From: Armatimonadota bacterium
GTDB taxonomy: Bacteria > Armatimonadota > Fimbriimonadia > Fimbriimonadales > GBS-DC
Assembly (NCBI GenBank): GCA_037445735.1
Contig: JBBIJY010000008.1
Location: 1 to 64,000 of the forward strand
Length of the DNA: 64,000 nucleotides
Direction: 5' to 3'
Position 1 is the first letter of the stretch, and each line of letters starts with the position of its first letter. Below, piece by piece: positions 49,554 to 59,138 of this stretch. The translations under genes were made by a program, and so were the position numbers. The notes under the pieces are model-generated. The model was not told where the DNA came from, did no database searches, and saw only the letters and a program-made list of their open reading frames with translations.

Positions 49554-50174
49554 ATGACGAAGAGGCATCTGATAGTGAGTGTCAGTTCATGGGCGGAAGA
49601 AAAGGTTCCCTTTACAATTTGTCAGAATCTTACAGGGAAATTGCTCTTCCGTCCCTTTCTACGGCATCGTGTGGGTGATGCACCTGTATTTGACCTCGTG
49701 CTGGCTGCAGAGCCTCAAAAGCGGCTGCAGTGGTGTGGGCATGGTGCGCTACCATTCAACACCTATCTCGCTGTGGGGCAAATCACTGCTTGCTATAAGC
49801 CTGATTGGCGCTGTGGTCGCGCACGGCGCACTGATCTGGAAATTGTGCTGGATTGCGAACTGCCACTCCACTCGGCTCAGGTGGGAGATGAATATTGCAT
49901 TTTCGGCGCCGCTCCTTATGTCCCTTTCAAGGCGTTGAAGCCAGGTACATGGCTGGCAGGTTTAGGGCAACTGAGCTTCACCCCCTGTTGCCAGACTGAA
50001 ACATGTGTGGCAGTACGCTTGTTGTCGCGCTGGATTGTAGATCTGCGCGTCGATTCGCCCACCTTCGGTTGCCTTATCCCGTGGGAGTTTGGTGCTGCCT
50101 TACCTTTTGATGACACGCACCTTATAGACTCAATGAACTATTATGTGGTGGAGGTCTCTCAGGGGACAGATTAG
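49554..50174 (+). CDS. Hypothetical Cys-rich protein in lower-GC segment
   Basis: 206 aa ORF filling the aroF-50214 gap; no recognisable motif; atypical codon usage. Confidence 0.45.
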   Translation: MTKRHLIVSVSSWAEEKVPFTICQNLTGKLLFRPFLRHRVGDAPVFDLVLAAEPQKRLQWCGHGALPFNTYLAVGQITACYKPDWRCGRARRTDLEIVLDCELPLHSAQVGDEYCIFGAAPYVPFKALKPGTWLAGLGQLSFTPCCQTETCVAVRLLSRWIVDLRVDSPTFGCLIPWEFGAALPFDDTHLIDSMNYYVVEVSQGTD

Positions 50175-50213
50175 ACGCAGCTGCCATGCTGGGTATACTG
50201 AAAGTGCGCTGAT

Positions 50214-52202
50214 ATGAATCGAATCGGCTGGATGGTGGGGCTGGGGTTATTGTTGATCGGGATCGGCTGGTGGCTGATGCGCCCCAGAGCCAGCCCCATC
50301 GAACAGCCACAGGAGGCACCCGCGATGCAGGATCGGCTAACCGCGCCCGATTTTCCCGAAGGGCTGGAATGGCTCAACACCGACCGACCGCTCAGCCTGC
50401 GCGACCTGCGCGGCAAAGTGGTGCTGCTCGACTTCTGGACCTACTGCTGCATCAACTGCATGCACATCCTGCCCGACCTCAAACGGCTGGAACGCAAATA
50501 TCCCGACGAGCTGGTGGTCATCGGTGTCCACTCCGCCAAGTTCTTCACCGAGCAGGACTCGCGCAACATCCGTCAGGCGATTTTGCGCTATGAGATTGAG
50601 CATCCCGTCGTGAACGATAACCAGATGCTCATCTGGGATCGCTACGGTGTGCGCGCCTGGCCCACACTGGTGCTGATCGACCCGCAGGGCAAAATCGTCT
50701 ATTACCGTTCGGGCGAGGGGGTCTATGCGGCGTTTGACCCGATTATCGCGAAGGTGATAGCGGAGTTCGACAGGCGCGGTCTGCTGGATCGCACGCCGCT
50801 CAGGTTCAAGCTGGAGCGCGAGCGCAAGCCCGTCACCCCGCTCAACTTCCCTGGCAAGGTGCTGGCAGATGAAGCCACCAATCGCCTCTTTATTGCCGAT
50901 TCGAATCACCATCGCATCGTGGTGCTGTCGCTGAAGGACAACAGCGTGCAGATGGTGATTGGCAGTGGTCAGCCGGGCTTGCAGGATGGCGATTTTGATG
51001 CTGCCCGCTTTCGCAACCCGCAGGGTATGGCGTTTGACCCTGCCACCGAAACGCTCTATATTGCCGACACCGACAATCACGCCATTCGCAAAGCCGACCT
51101 GCGCACACGCAGGGTGGAGACGCTGGCGGGCACAGGCGAACAGAGCCGCTTCTACCCACCGCAGGCAGGCGCTGGCAAGCAGACCGCGCTCAGCTCCCCA
51201 TGGGATGTGGTGCTGCATGGGGAGATGCTCTATATCGCGATGGCGGGCTGCCACCAGCTCTGGCGACTGAACCTGCGCACGGGTCGCGTCGAGCCGCACG
51301 CAGGTACAGGGCGCGAAGCGCTCATCGATGCGCCGCTGGCTATGGCGGCGCTGGCACAACCCTCGGGCATCGCCACCGACGGCACGCGCCTCTATTTTGC
51401 CGATAGCGAGGTCAGCAGCATTCGCGCCGCCGATATCGACCCGAACGGGCGTGTGGAGACGCTGGTCGGCGGCGACCTGTTCGACTTCGGCGACCGCGAT
51501 GGCGTCGGGCGGGAGGCACGCCTGCAGCATCCACTCGGCGTCGCTTACTATAATGGCATGCTCTATGTCGCCGACACCTACAACAACAAAATCAAGCGCC
51601 TGGATCCCCGCACGCGGCGCATCGAGACATTTCTGGGCACGGGCGAAGAGGGCGCACGCGACGGTGAGAACCCCACCTTCGATGAGCCAGGCGGACTGAG
51701 CGTGGCGCACGGCAAGCTCTACATCGCGGACACCAACAACCACCGCATTCGTGTGGCGGATTTGCAGACCCGTCGCGTGTCGACGCTGGTCATCCGGGGG
51801 CTGGAGCAGCTGAAACCGCCAGCGGCAGTGATGCGCCCGCAGGTGATGGAGCTGCCCGAAGCGGCGGTCGCGCCTGAAAACAGCCGTCTGCGCCTGCAGA
51901 TTCGCCTGCCGGACGGCTACAAGCTCAATCCGAACGCTCCGTCGCGCGTATCTATCAAGGTTAGCGGTGCCACCGTCGATGGGCAAACCGAGATCAACCG
52001 TCCCCTGACCACCACCACGCTGGAGCTGCCGCTGAAACTCAGCGGGCGTACCGCCACGCTGGAGATCGACCTGCTGCTTTACTACTGCCAGAGCGGGCGC
52101 GAGGCACTCTGCTTCATTCGCGAAGCCCAGCTCAAACAGCCCCTGCGACAGAATGGCAACTCCGCCACCGTCTCCATCGAATACACCGTGGCGCCGCCCT
52201 GA
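50214..52202 (+). CDS. Thioredoxin-like + NHL-repeat protein (NHLRC2/SOQ1-like), N-terminally membrane anchored
   Basis: LLDFWTYCCINC, GVHSAKF, AWPT, repeated YIADT.NH.IR NHL units. Confidence 0.88.
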   Translation: MNRIGWMVGLGLLLIGIGWWLMRPRASPIEQPQEAPAMQDRLTAPDFPEGLEWLNTDRPLSLRDLRGKVVLLDFWTYCCINCMHILPDLKRLERKYPDELVVIGVHSAKFFTEQDSRNIRQAILRYEIEHPVVNDNQMLIWDRYGVRAWPTLVLIDPQGKIVYYRSGEGVYAAFDPIIAKVIAEFDRRGLLDRTPLRFKLERERKPVTPLNFPGKVLADEATNRLFIADSNHHRIVVLSLKDNSVQMVIGSGQPGLQDGDFDAARFRNPQGMAFDPATETLYIADTDNHAIRKADLRTRRVETLAGTGEQSRFYPPQAGAGKQTALSSPWDVVLHGEMLYIAMAGCHQLWRLNLRTGRVEPHAGTGREALIDAPLAMAALAQPSGIATDGTRLYFADSEVSSIRAADIDPNGRVETLVGGDLFDFGDRDGVGREARLQHPLGVAYYNGMLYVADTYNNKIKRLDPRTRRIETFLGTGEEGARDGENPTFDEPGGLSVAHGKLYIADTNNHRIRVADLQTRRVSTLVIRGLEQLKPPAAVMRPQVMELPEAAVAPENSRLRLQIRLPDGYKLNPNAPSRVSIKVSGATVDGQTEINRPLTTTTLELPLKLSGRTATLEIDLLLYYCQSGREALCFIREAQLKQPLRQNGNSATVSIEYTVAPP

Positions 52203-52318
52203 CCCTGGGTGTGCCGCACATCCGCTGACGTGGCAGGCTGGCTGTCATCCTGCGCGGGGGTAAGCAGCGTGAGACGCGGCAGGAATCGACGATTGCGGGG
52301 CGAATCTTTTCAGGTGCT

Positions 52319-53287
52319 ATGCCGTACCTGCCATACGCAGTGGAGCGCCCCGACCGCTATCGGGTGCGGGTGGAGCAGTATGTTCACTATCGGCGTGAGG
52401 GCTACCTGAAGGTGGAGGGGCTGGTTCCACCTGAAGATGTGGCGCGCCTGCGCGAATGGGCAGACTCACGCTGGCAACCGCCCGAATCGCTGGAGCAGCC
52501 CGAAAAAGCCGCCCTCCACCAGGTGCCAAAGGGCACGCGCGTGCACCAGATCCATCGCGTCGATCCCGTCGCCGAGTGGGGATTGCTGCACCCGCGCGTT
52601 CTGGATGTGCTGGAAGCCCTCATCGGTCCCGATGTGCTGGCTCTGCAGACGATGCTGTTCTACAACCCGCCGGGCACGGGCGGTCAGGGCTGGCATCAGG
52701 ATTCGTTCTACATCACGACCTATCCCGATACGCTGATTGGCGCGTGGCTGGCGATTGACCCCGCCGACGAGGAGAACGGCTGCCTGTGGGTCATTCCCGG
52801 CTCGCACTGTGAACCGATCTATCCGCCACCCTACACGCCGTTCGGGCAGGTGCATGCGGCGAACGCCTTCGAAGATTTGCACGCGGTGGAGAATGTGAGC
52901 CATCTGGACGACGAGCTGAACACGCTGACGCGCGTTGCCCGCAAATATCCGCCGCCCATCCCTGTGCCGATGGCGCCGGGCGATGTGCTGTTCTTTGACG
53001 GGCATCTGCTGCATCGTTCCTATCCGAACCGCACGCGGGATCGGTGGCGGCGCTCATTTGTGTGCCACTACTGCAACGCGCGCTCGTGGGTGCCGTGGAA
53101 TCATGGGGAGCCGTTCGAGGGCGACAGCGCGAACTATCTGCACATTCTGGCGCGGGGCAGCACGCACCTGCCGTATGCCCGCCCGAAGTTCGGCACGCGC
53201 GTCGACCTCTACTCGCCCGATCTGGCGCCGGGCGCACCGCCCCCACGCATGATGGGCGACACCGAAGGGAATATGGGCATGGGATGA
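52319..53287 (+). CDS. Phytanoyl-CoA dioxygenase (PhyH)-family 2OG-Fe(II) oxygenase
   Basis: WHQD, WLAID, NGCLWVIPGSH, PGDVLFF...LLHRS..N...R. Confidence 0.85.
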   Translation: MPYLPYAVERPDRYRVRVEQYVHYRREGYLKVEGLVPPEDVARLREWADSRWQPPESLEQPEKAALHQVPKGTRVHQIHRVDPVAEWGLLHPRVLDVLEALIGPDVLALQTMLFYNPPGTGGQGWHQDSFYITTYPDTLIGAWLAIDPADEENGCLWVIPGSHCEPIYPPPYTPFGQVHAANAFEDLHAVENVSHLDDELNTLTRVARKYPPPIPVPMAPGDVLFFDGHLLHRSYPNRTRDRWRRSFVCHYCNARSWVPWNHGEPFEGDSANYLHILARGSTHLPYARPKFGTRVDLYSPDLAPGAPPPRMMGDTEGNMGMG

Positions 53288-55920
53288 GGCGCGAATGGCT
53301 GCTCGCACTGCTGTGGGGGCTGATGGGCACATCGGCACAGGCTGAACCGCGCCTGCGATTCGATGGCGTGTTCACGCGCCAGGCGGTGCTGCGCCCCGGC
53401 GAAACGGCGGAGGGCATCGCTTTCATCCGCAACATCGGCAAAGATACATGGCGCGGCGACACCCTGCGCCTGGAGCTGACCCCGATTCAGGATGCGCAGG
53501 TGCTCAAACGCCCCGAAGCCGACTTCGAGCAGCTGGAGCCGGGCGAGCGGGGCGCAGTGCGCTTTCGCATCCGTGTGGGGGCGCAACCGAAGCTGGCGCT
53601 GCTGCTGCGCTCCCGCGCGGGCAACGACGCCTTCATCCTGATGCCTGTGGTCGCCAGCCTGCCGCCCGATGTGCCCGCTTCAGGGCGCCTCGCCCGCAAG
53701 TTCGGCTCACACCTCGTGCTGCAGAACGAGCAGCTGCGCCTGGTGCTGAGTCCCGCATCGGCGTCAGGGCTGTGTGCGCGGCTGTTCGGCAGGCAGGGCG
53801 AGCGCTGGGTGCTGCTGGCTACCATGCCGACCATCGCCGACGCGATTCTGAACGCCGAGAACGCGCCGCCGAAGCCTGCGCCCTTCATGCTGGAAGACGC
53901 CTCGCTGGATGAGCCGAACCTGCGCCTGCTGCTGCAGGGGCGGATGGGGCTGGTCGGGCGCGTTCAGATCGAGTTTCGCCTGAACGCCAATCGGCTGGAG
54001 TGCCTTGCCCGCCTGACCAGCATCGTGAATGCGCATCTCTATCGGTTCTGTTTCCCCGACTGGCGCATCGGCGACGGCTCATTCGGCGAGCGCAAAGAGG
54101 AGGCGCTCTTTCCCGGACTGGAGTATCTGCTCGACGGTGAGCGCTCTTCGGGTGAGGCGAACGCCGCGCCTCCGCACCATCTGCGCTTTGCGCCCCATCC
54201 GTACAAAATCACGATACCGATGATGGCACTACGCTGGCGCAACTGGCTCGTTCAGCTGAGCTGGGACGCTCAGCGGAGCTGGTCAGGCGTGCTGACCGCG
54301 CCGAACGCGCTTTTTCTCTCGCCCAACTGGCTGGAGGGCGGCGCGCATCACCGCTTCGCGCTGTGGGTGCCCACCATCCCGCGCTGGGCAGATGAAAACA
54401 GCCTGCAGGCGCGTGAGCCGTTCCGCATGCTTAAAGAGGAACCCGTCACGCTCAGCGCGACGCTGATGGTGCGCTCCGGATCCCGCGACAGCAGCGAGGC
54501 AGTGGAAACCTATCTCCAGCAGTACGGCGTGCCCTATCCGCCCGCGCCCCAGCGCAACGACGCTCAGGCGCTGACGCTCAGCCTCAAAGGGCTGATTAAC
54601 AGCTGGGACGCCAATCAGCGTGCGTGGCGACACACCAACACGGGACCCGTGTTCTATGACCCGCTGGTCGCGCTCGGCTTGTGGGTGCTGGCGCATCGGT
54701 TGCCACCCGACGATTCGAACCGTCAGCGCGCCGTTGAGCAGGTGCGCTCGGCGGCGGAAGCCGTCGGTCCCGAATCGCTCGGCTGGGAACTGGCGTTCTA
54801 TGTGGGGCGGTTGCCCACCGTGCTGAACAGCTGGGCACAGAGCATTCGTGCGACGGTACGGGCGCAGCGGGACGACGGCAGCTGGGCATGGCAGCCGCCC
54901 AGCGAGCGGCATGCGCGGCTCGGCAAAGCGGGCGACACCTCCAGCGGATACACGGGCGAGCGGGCAGCGCAGGTCGGACGCTACGCGCTTGCCACTCTGG
55001 AACCTGACGCGCTGCAGAGCCTGCGCCGCGCGCTCCGCTACCTCGCCCAGCAGCGTCGCCCCGAAGGCGCCCAGACATGGGAGCTACCCCTGCATGTGCC
55101 TGACCTGCTCGCCGCGCCGCACGGCATCAACGCCTGCCTGAACGCCTGTGAAGCGACGGGCGACGCTCAATACCTTCAGCAGGCGCGGCGCTGGGCGCTG
55201 CGCGGCGTGCCCTTCATCTACCTCTGGCGGGCAGCTGATCGCCCCATCATGCTCGGCGCCAGCATCCCCGTGTTCGGCGTTACTTGGCTCTCCCAGCAGC
55301 CGTGGTTCGGCGTCGCCGTGCAGTGGAACGGACTGGTGTACGCCCATGCGCTCTACCGCCTTGCAGAGTACGACACCACCCTCGCCTGGCGTCAGCTGGC
55401 GGACACCATCACCATGTGTGCCGTTCAACAGCAGGAGTGGATCACCGAGCGCTATCCCGCCGATGAGGGCTTCTATCCCGATGCGTTCAGCATCACGCGC
55501 GGCACCGAGGAGTATCACTGGGATTTGAACCCGCGCCTGATCCCGCCCTGCCTCGCCCGCAAAATGGGCTTTGCGATTGAGCCAGTCACGCGCGTGGTGC
55601 GTGCCGACGGACGCCCGATCGCCGTCACCGCGCCCGGCTTGAAAAACGCGCGCTGGGAGGCGAACCGCCTGACCCTCGAGATAGAGCCGCCCGCGGAACT
55701 GCCCGCGCTGTTTGTGCTGGTCAGCGGACTGCCATCAGCAGAGCAGGTGCTGCTCAACGGTCAGCCGCTGTCCCCCGTGAACGACATGGACACGCTCATC
55801 TGGCAGCAGCCGAGCCTGATCAGCGGCTATGCCCGCCACCCGAAAGGGATGATTATCCGAATCGTGAACCCCACGCCCACCCTCAACCTTCAGCTCCCCT
55901 TGAAGGGGGAGGGGGATTAA
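53284..55920 (+). CDS. Large secreted hypothetical protein (Ig-like N-terminus, probable alpha/alpha-toroid C-terminus)
   Basis: Signal peptide MRREWLLALLWGLMGTSAQA; QRDDGSW, GAQTWE, YLQQARRWA, VQWNGLVY; ATGA coupling to phyH. Confidence 0.65.
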   Translation: MRREWLLALLWGLMGTSAQAEPRLRFDGVFTRQAVLRPGETAEGIAFIRNIGKDTWRGDTLRLELTPIQDAQVLKRPEADFEQLEPGERGAVRFRIRVGAQPKLALLLRSRAGNDAFILMPVVASLPPDVPASGRLARKFGSHLVLQNEQLRLVLSPASASGLCARLFGRQGERWVLLATMPTIADAILNAENAPPKPAPFMLEDASLDEPNLRLLLQGRMGLVGRVQIEFRLNANRLECLARLTSIVNAHLYRFCFPDWRIGDGSFGERKEEALFPGLEYLLDGERSSGEANAAPPHHLRFAPHPYKITIPMMALRWRNWLVQLSWDAQRSWSGVLTAPNALFLSPNWLEGGAHHRFALWVPTIPRWADENSLQAREPFRMLKEEPVTLSATLMVRSGSRDSSEAVETYLQQYGVPYPPAPQRNDAQALTLSLKGLINSWDANQRAWRHTNTGPVFYDPLVALGLWVLAHRLPPDDSNRQRAVEQVRSAAEAVGPESLGWELAFYVGRLPTVLNSWAQSIRATVRAQRDDGSWAWQPPSERHARLGKAGDTSSGYTGERAAQVGRYALATLEPDALQSLRRALRYLAQQRRPEGAQTWELPLHVPDLLAAPHGINACLNACEATGDAQYLQQARRWALRGVPFIYLWRAADRPIMLGASIPVFGVTWLSQQPWFGVAVQWNGLVYAHALYRLAEYDTTLAWRQLADTITMCAVQQQEWITERYPADEGFYPDAFSITRGTEEYHWDLNPRLIPPCLARKMGFAIEPVTRVVRADGRPIAVTAPGLKNARWEANRLTLEIEPPAELPALFVLVSGLPSAEQVLLNGQPLSPVNDMDTLIWQQPSLISGYARHPKGMIIRIVNPTPTLNLQLPLKGEGD

Positions 55921-55950
55921 GGAGGCTCCCCCTCCCGGTGGGAAAATGGG
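55869..55950. repeat. Degenerate CCCTC-type repeat forming the 3' end of the 53284-55920 gene
   Basis: CTCCCCTTGAAGGGGGAGGGGG hairpin encoding LPLKGEGD*, then CCCCCTCCCGGTGGGA. Confidence 0.5.
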
Positions 55951-55957
55951 TTGAAAC

Positions 55958-57145
55958 TCAGAGGCGGCTGGCAGAGGAACCCGCCTCGATGAGGTACCAG
56001 CGGTCACCCACGCGCTCGAAGGTATAGGAGATATAGACCAGCCGCAGGGTTCCCGTCGCCTCGTCGATGTAGCGGTGTTCACCGCGCACTACCATCTGGC
56101 TCTCGCCGCGCTTGCTGACGCGATAGAAGGTGAGCTGCTCGGTTTTGACAGCGCGAATCGCATCGCGGGTGATAGCCAGGAAGTCCTCCGCCGGCAGCGA
56201 GTAGGCGTATTTGCCCTCCAGATAGATGGCGATGTAGCTGTTCGGTCGGATGTAGCGCTCCAGCAGGCTGGGATCGCGCAGGATCCATGCGTGGCGGATG
56301 TCGCTCAGCAGCTGCTGGCGGTCATCCACAGACTGGCTGGGTCGCTCCAGATAGTAAGGCGTCGTGATGTAGACGGGCACCTCCACATAGATGACATGCG
56401 GGGGCGGGATATAGACAATGCGATAGACCGGAATAAAGGGCGGGCACGGATCATAGTACCAGTAGGGCGCGTAGCAGACGCGGTATGGCTCCGGTGTGTA
56501 GCAGTAGTAGCGGTAGCCGAAGCTGAAGGCGCCGCCGCGATACTCGTAGTAGAACTCGTAGCCCGACGAGCGCGGAGGCAGAATGACAAATCGCTGCCAG
56601 CGGCGCGGGTCGAGCCCCTCGGTGCGGCTGACCAGCGCGGGCAGGTTCCCCTCGCTCAGCGGCACAGGACGGTTCAGCACAGGCTGGGAGTTAATCGGCA
56701 CCGGCTGGGAGTTGAGCGGCACGCGCTGGGGATTGTTCAGCACAGGCTGAGAGTTAAGGGGCACCTGGCGCGGATCTGGTGGCGGGGTGTAGGGATTGCC
56801 CTGCGGGTTGCCAAACCCACCCGGTTGCTGATCGCGTGGCTTTTTGCGGAACGGGTCATTATCAGGCGGCGGTGCAGGTTGATTGGCAGGTTGCGGGTTG
56901 CTGTAGCCGCGATTCGGGTTCACCGGCTGAGGCTTGTTGCCGCCCTGATTGTCGACGGGGCGCGGCTTGTTGCCATCGTCCCTGTGAAACGGTGAGGACT
57001 GCCCCTCGTTCGCGCTGCGCGTCGGCGCAGGCTTGTTGTCCCCCTTCTTGCCTTCGGTCTTGCCTGCCAGCTTTTTGAGGTCGTCGGCTGCCGCAAGGCT
57101 CAGGGAGAGCGCAACGATGCTCACCAGACTCAGAATCCGTATCAT
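55958..57145 (-). CDS. Secreted Pro/Gln/Asn-rich, Tyr-rich hypothetical protein
   Basis: Signal peptide; P(L/I)NSQPV x3; Tyr/Pro-rich middle; globular C-terminus; GGGGTATAAT upstream on - strand. Confidence 0.7.
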   Translation of the reverse strand: MIRILSLVSIVALSLSLAAADDLKKLAGKTEGKKGDNKPAPTRSANEGQSSPFHRDDGNKPRPVDNQGGNKPQPVNPNRGYSNPQPANQPAPPPDNDPFRKKPRDQQPGGFGNPQGNPYTPPPDPRQVPLNSQPVLNNPQRVPLNSQPVPINSQPVLNRPVPLSEGNLPALVSRTEGLDPRRWQRFVILPPRSSGYEFYYEYRGGAFSFGYRYYCYTPEPYRVCYAPYWYYDPCPPFIPVYRIVYIPPPHVIYVEVPVYITTPYYLERPSQSVDDRQQLLSDIRHAWILRDPSLLERYIRPNSYIAIYLEGKYAYSLPAEDFLAITRDAIRAVKTEQLTFYRVSKRGESQMVVRGEHRYIDEATGTLRLVYISYTFERVGDRWYLIEAGSSASRL

Positions 57146-57273
57146 TCTGGATCACCGTCCTTCGATATTATACCCCACAGTGGGGATGCCGAACTGCATC
57201 TTTTGGCACGCCATCGAGTAAGACGCCGGGTGGGTCATGATGTTTCACCCGTGAAAAGGTAAACTTCTGGCGC

Positions 57274-58032
57274 ATGGACGGCATCATTCTGGTGATGCTG
57301 GTGTGGCTACTGGCGGCGTTGTGGGTGTTCGCGCTCATTATGATGGGCATTACGGGCGATATATCGCCCTCGGAGGCGATTCTGGGTTCGGCGATTGCCG
57401 TGCTGCTGGCGTTCGCCGCCGCCCGTCAGGCGTTTCCCTACGCGGGGCTGTTCGCGTTGCTCACGCTCAGCATCGGCGCAGTCGCCCTGCCTGTGGGACG
57501 CAACTATCTCAATCGTCAGGCGCACGCCCAGATCGATTCGGAGCTGATGGAGCGCGCCTGCCGCGCCGTCGAGTTCGACCCGAAAAACTGGGGCGCGCTC
57601 ATCCAGCTGGCAAACCTGTGCTATCGACACGACCTGATGGAGCATGCAGTGCATTACATGGAGCAGGCGGTGCAGATGGCACCGCTCTATACCTATAGCG
57701 AGAAGCGCACCCTGCGCGACTGGCAGCACGAGTTAGACCAGTTCGGCAGGCGATACGGCTTCACGCCATGTTTGAACTGCGGCATGCGCAACCCGATTGG
57801 CGCGTTGCGCTGTGCCCAGTGTGGTGAGCTGCTGCTGCCCCTGCTGGTGCGCGGACGCTGGATTCCCAAACGGCTGATGGTCAAAGTGGTGCGCGTGTGG
57901 GTCATCAGCACGGTGGGCGTCAGCGCGAGCCTGATTGCCGCCGATCACCTGCCTGGCACGGTGGCGGTCGTCGCTGTGCCGCTGATTCTGCTGTTGACGG
58001 GAGGCTCGATTCTGTGGGTGTTGCGCAGGTGA
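57274..58032 (+). CDS. Membrane protein with TPR-like and zinc-ribbon segments
   Basis: Three N-terminal TMs, TPR-like EFDPKN..ALIQLA, CLNCG..CAQCG, two C-terminal TMs. Confidence 0.7.
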   Translation: MDGIILVMLVWLLAALWVFALIMMGITGDISPSEAILGSAIAVLLAFAAARQAFPYAGLFALLTLSIGAVALPVGRNYLNRQAHAQIDSELMERACRAVEFDPKNWGALIQLANLCYRHDLMEHAVHYMEQAVQMAPLYTYSEKRTLRDWQHELDQFGRRYGFTPCLNCGMRNPIGALRCAQCGELLLPLLVRGRWIPKRLMVKVVRVWVISTVGVSASLIAADHLPGTVAVVAVPLILLLTGGSILWVLRR

Positions 58033-59132
58033 TAAGACGGCTCCGATATACCCTGCCGCCCTTCACGCGGCTGGACCGCTACCTGCTGCGTGAGATGCTG
58101 GTGCCGCTGGGTATCGGCACGGGCGCGGTCGTGCTGATGCTCATCGGCAACCTGCTGTTTAACTACGCGCAGATATTTTTCAGCTACGGTGTGCCGCTGA
58201 TGGCGGTGGCGCAGCTGGTGCTGTATTACACGCCCTACCTGCTGGTGTTGAGCCTGCCCGTAGGGACAGCGGTCGCGGTGTCGCTCACGGTCAATCGTCT
58301 CACGCGCGACAGCGAGATCACCGTGATGCGCATGGCGGGTATTAGCCTGCGCCGAATCTTTTTGCCGCTGCTGCTGATGGGGCTGCTGCTGTCGGGGCTG
58401 AACTACTGGCTGAACGAGCGCGTGGTGCCGCCCGCGATGCGCCAGTTCTATCGGTTGCGCAACCGCATGTTGCTGCTGGCGCCCGTGCCGACCATCACCA
58501 GCAACGCCGTGCTGAAGGTACAGAACTACGCGGTGGTGATTGGCATCGCGCAGGAGACGGGTGGGCGCGTGCTGATGGAGGAGGTGATCCTGATTGAGCA
58601 GCGCGGGCGGGGCGAATGGCTGGTGATTCAGGCGCCGCGCGGCACCTACAAAGACGGCATCTGGGAGCTGGAACGCCCGAAACTGCACTACTATCGCGCC
58701 GATGGCACTGTGATCGATGTGCGCTCGCCCCGAAAACTTGTGCTGAACCTGCAGGTTGCCCTGCAGGACTTTTTCGCCGCGCCTGAACCCGAGGAGCTGA
58801 CCCGTGCGCAGTTAGGCGAGCAGATCGAGCGCAATCGGCAGATGGGCGCTCGCAACCCGCGGCTGGAGGTGAGTTACCATCTGAAGGTGGCGGTGCCTGT
58901 GGCGTGTTTCATTCTGGCGCTGTGCAGTCCGATGTTGAGCCTGTGGCTGGCGCGGGCAGGCAGCTTCGTCGGCGTGCTGCTGGCTATCGTGCTGGTGTTC
59001 GTGTTCTGGAACACACTGCTGCTCTTTCAGATTCTGGGCAATCAGGGTCTGTTGCCGCCGATGCTGGCGGCGTGGATGCCCAACCTGCTGTTTGGCGCGG
59101 GCGGGTTTTATCTGCTCTATCGTTCCGAATAG
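58029..59132 (+). CDS. LptF/LptG-family permease
   Basis: RLDRYLLRE, RLTRDSEITVMRMAGISL, NERVVP, P.LAAWMPNLLF; GTG start overlaps the upstream stop. Confidence 0.85.
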   Translation: MIRRLRYTLPPFTRLDRYLLREMLVPLGIGTGAVVLMLIGNLLFNYAQIFFSYGVPLMAVAQLVLYYTPYLLVLSLPVGTAVAVSLTVNRLTRDSEITVMRMAGISLRRIFLPLLLMGLLLSGLNYWLNERVVPPAMRQFYRLRNRMLLLAPVPTITSNAVLKVQNYAVVIGIAQETGGRVLMEEVILIEQRGRGEWLVIQAPRGTYKDGIWELERPKLHYYRADGTVIDVRSPRKLVLNLQVALQDFFAAPEPEELTRAQLGEQIERNRQMGARNPRLEVSYHLKVAVPVACFILALCSPMLSLWLARAGSFVGVLLAIVLVFVFWNTLLLFQILGNQGLLPPMLAAWMPNLLFGAGGFYLLYRSE

Positions 59133-59138
59133 GCTCGG

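Noticed and set aside
50214-52202. Thioredoxin-NHL protein with CCINC motif as a novel system
   Set aside because: Matches the known NHLRC2/SOQ1-like family, which has bacterial members.
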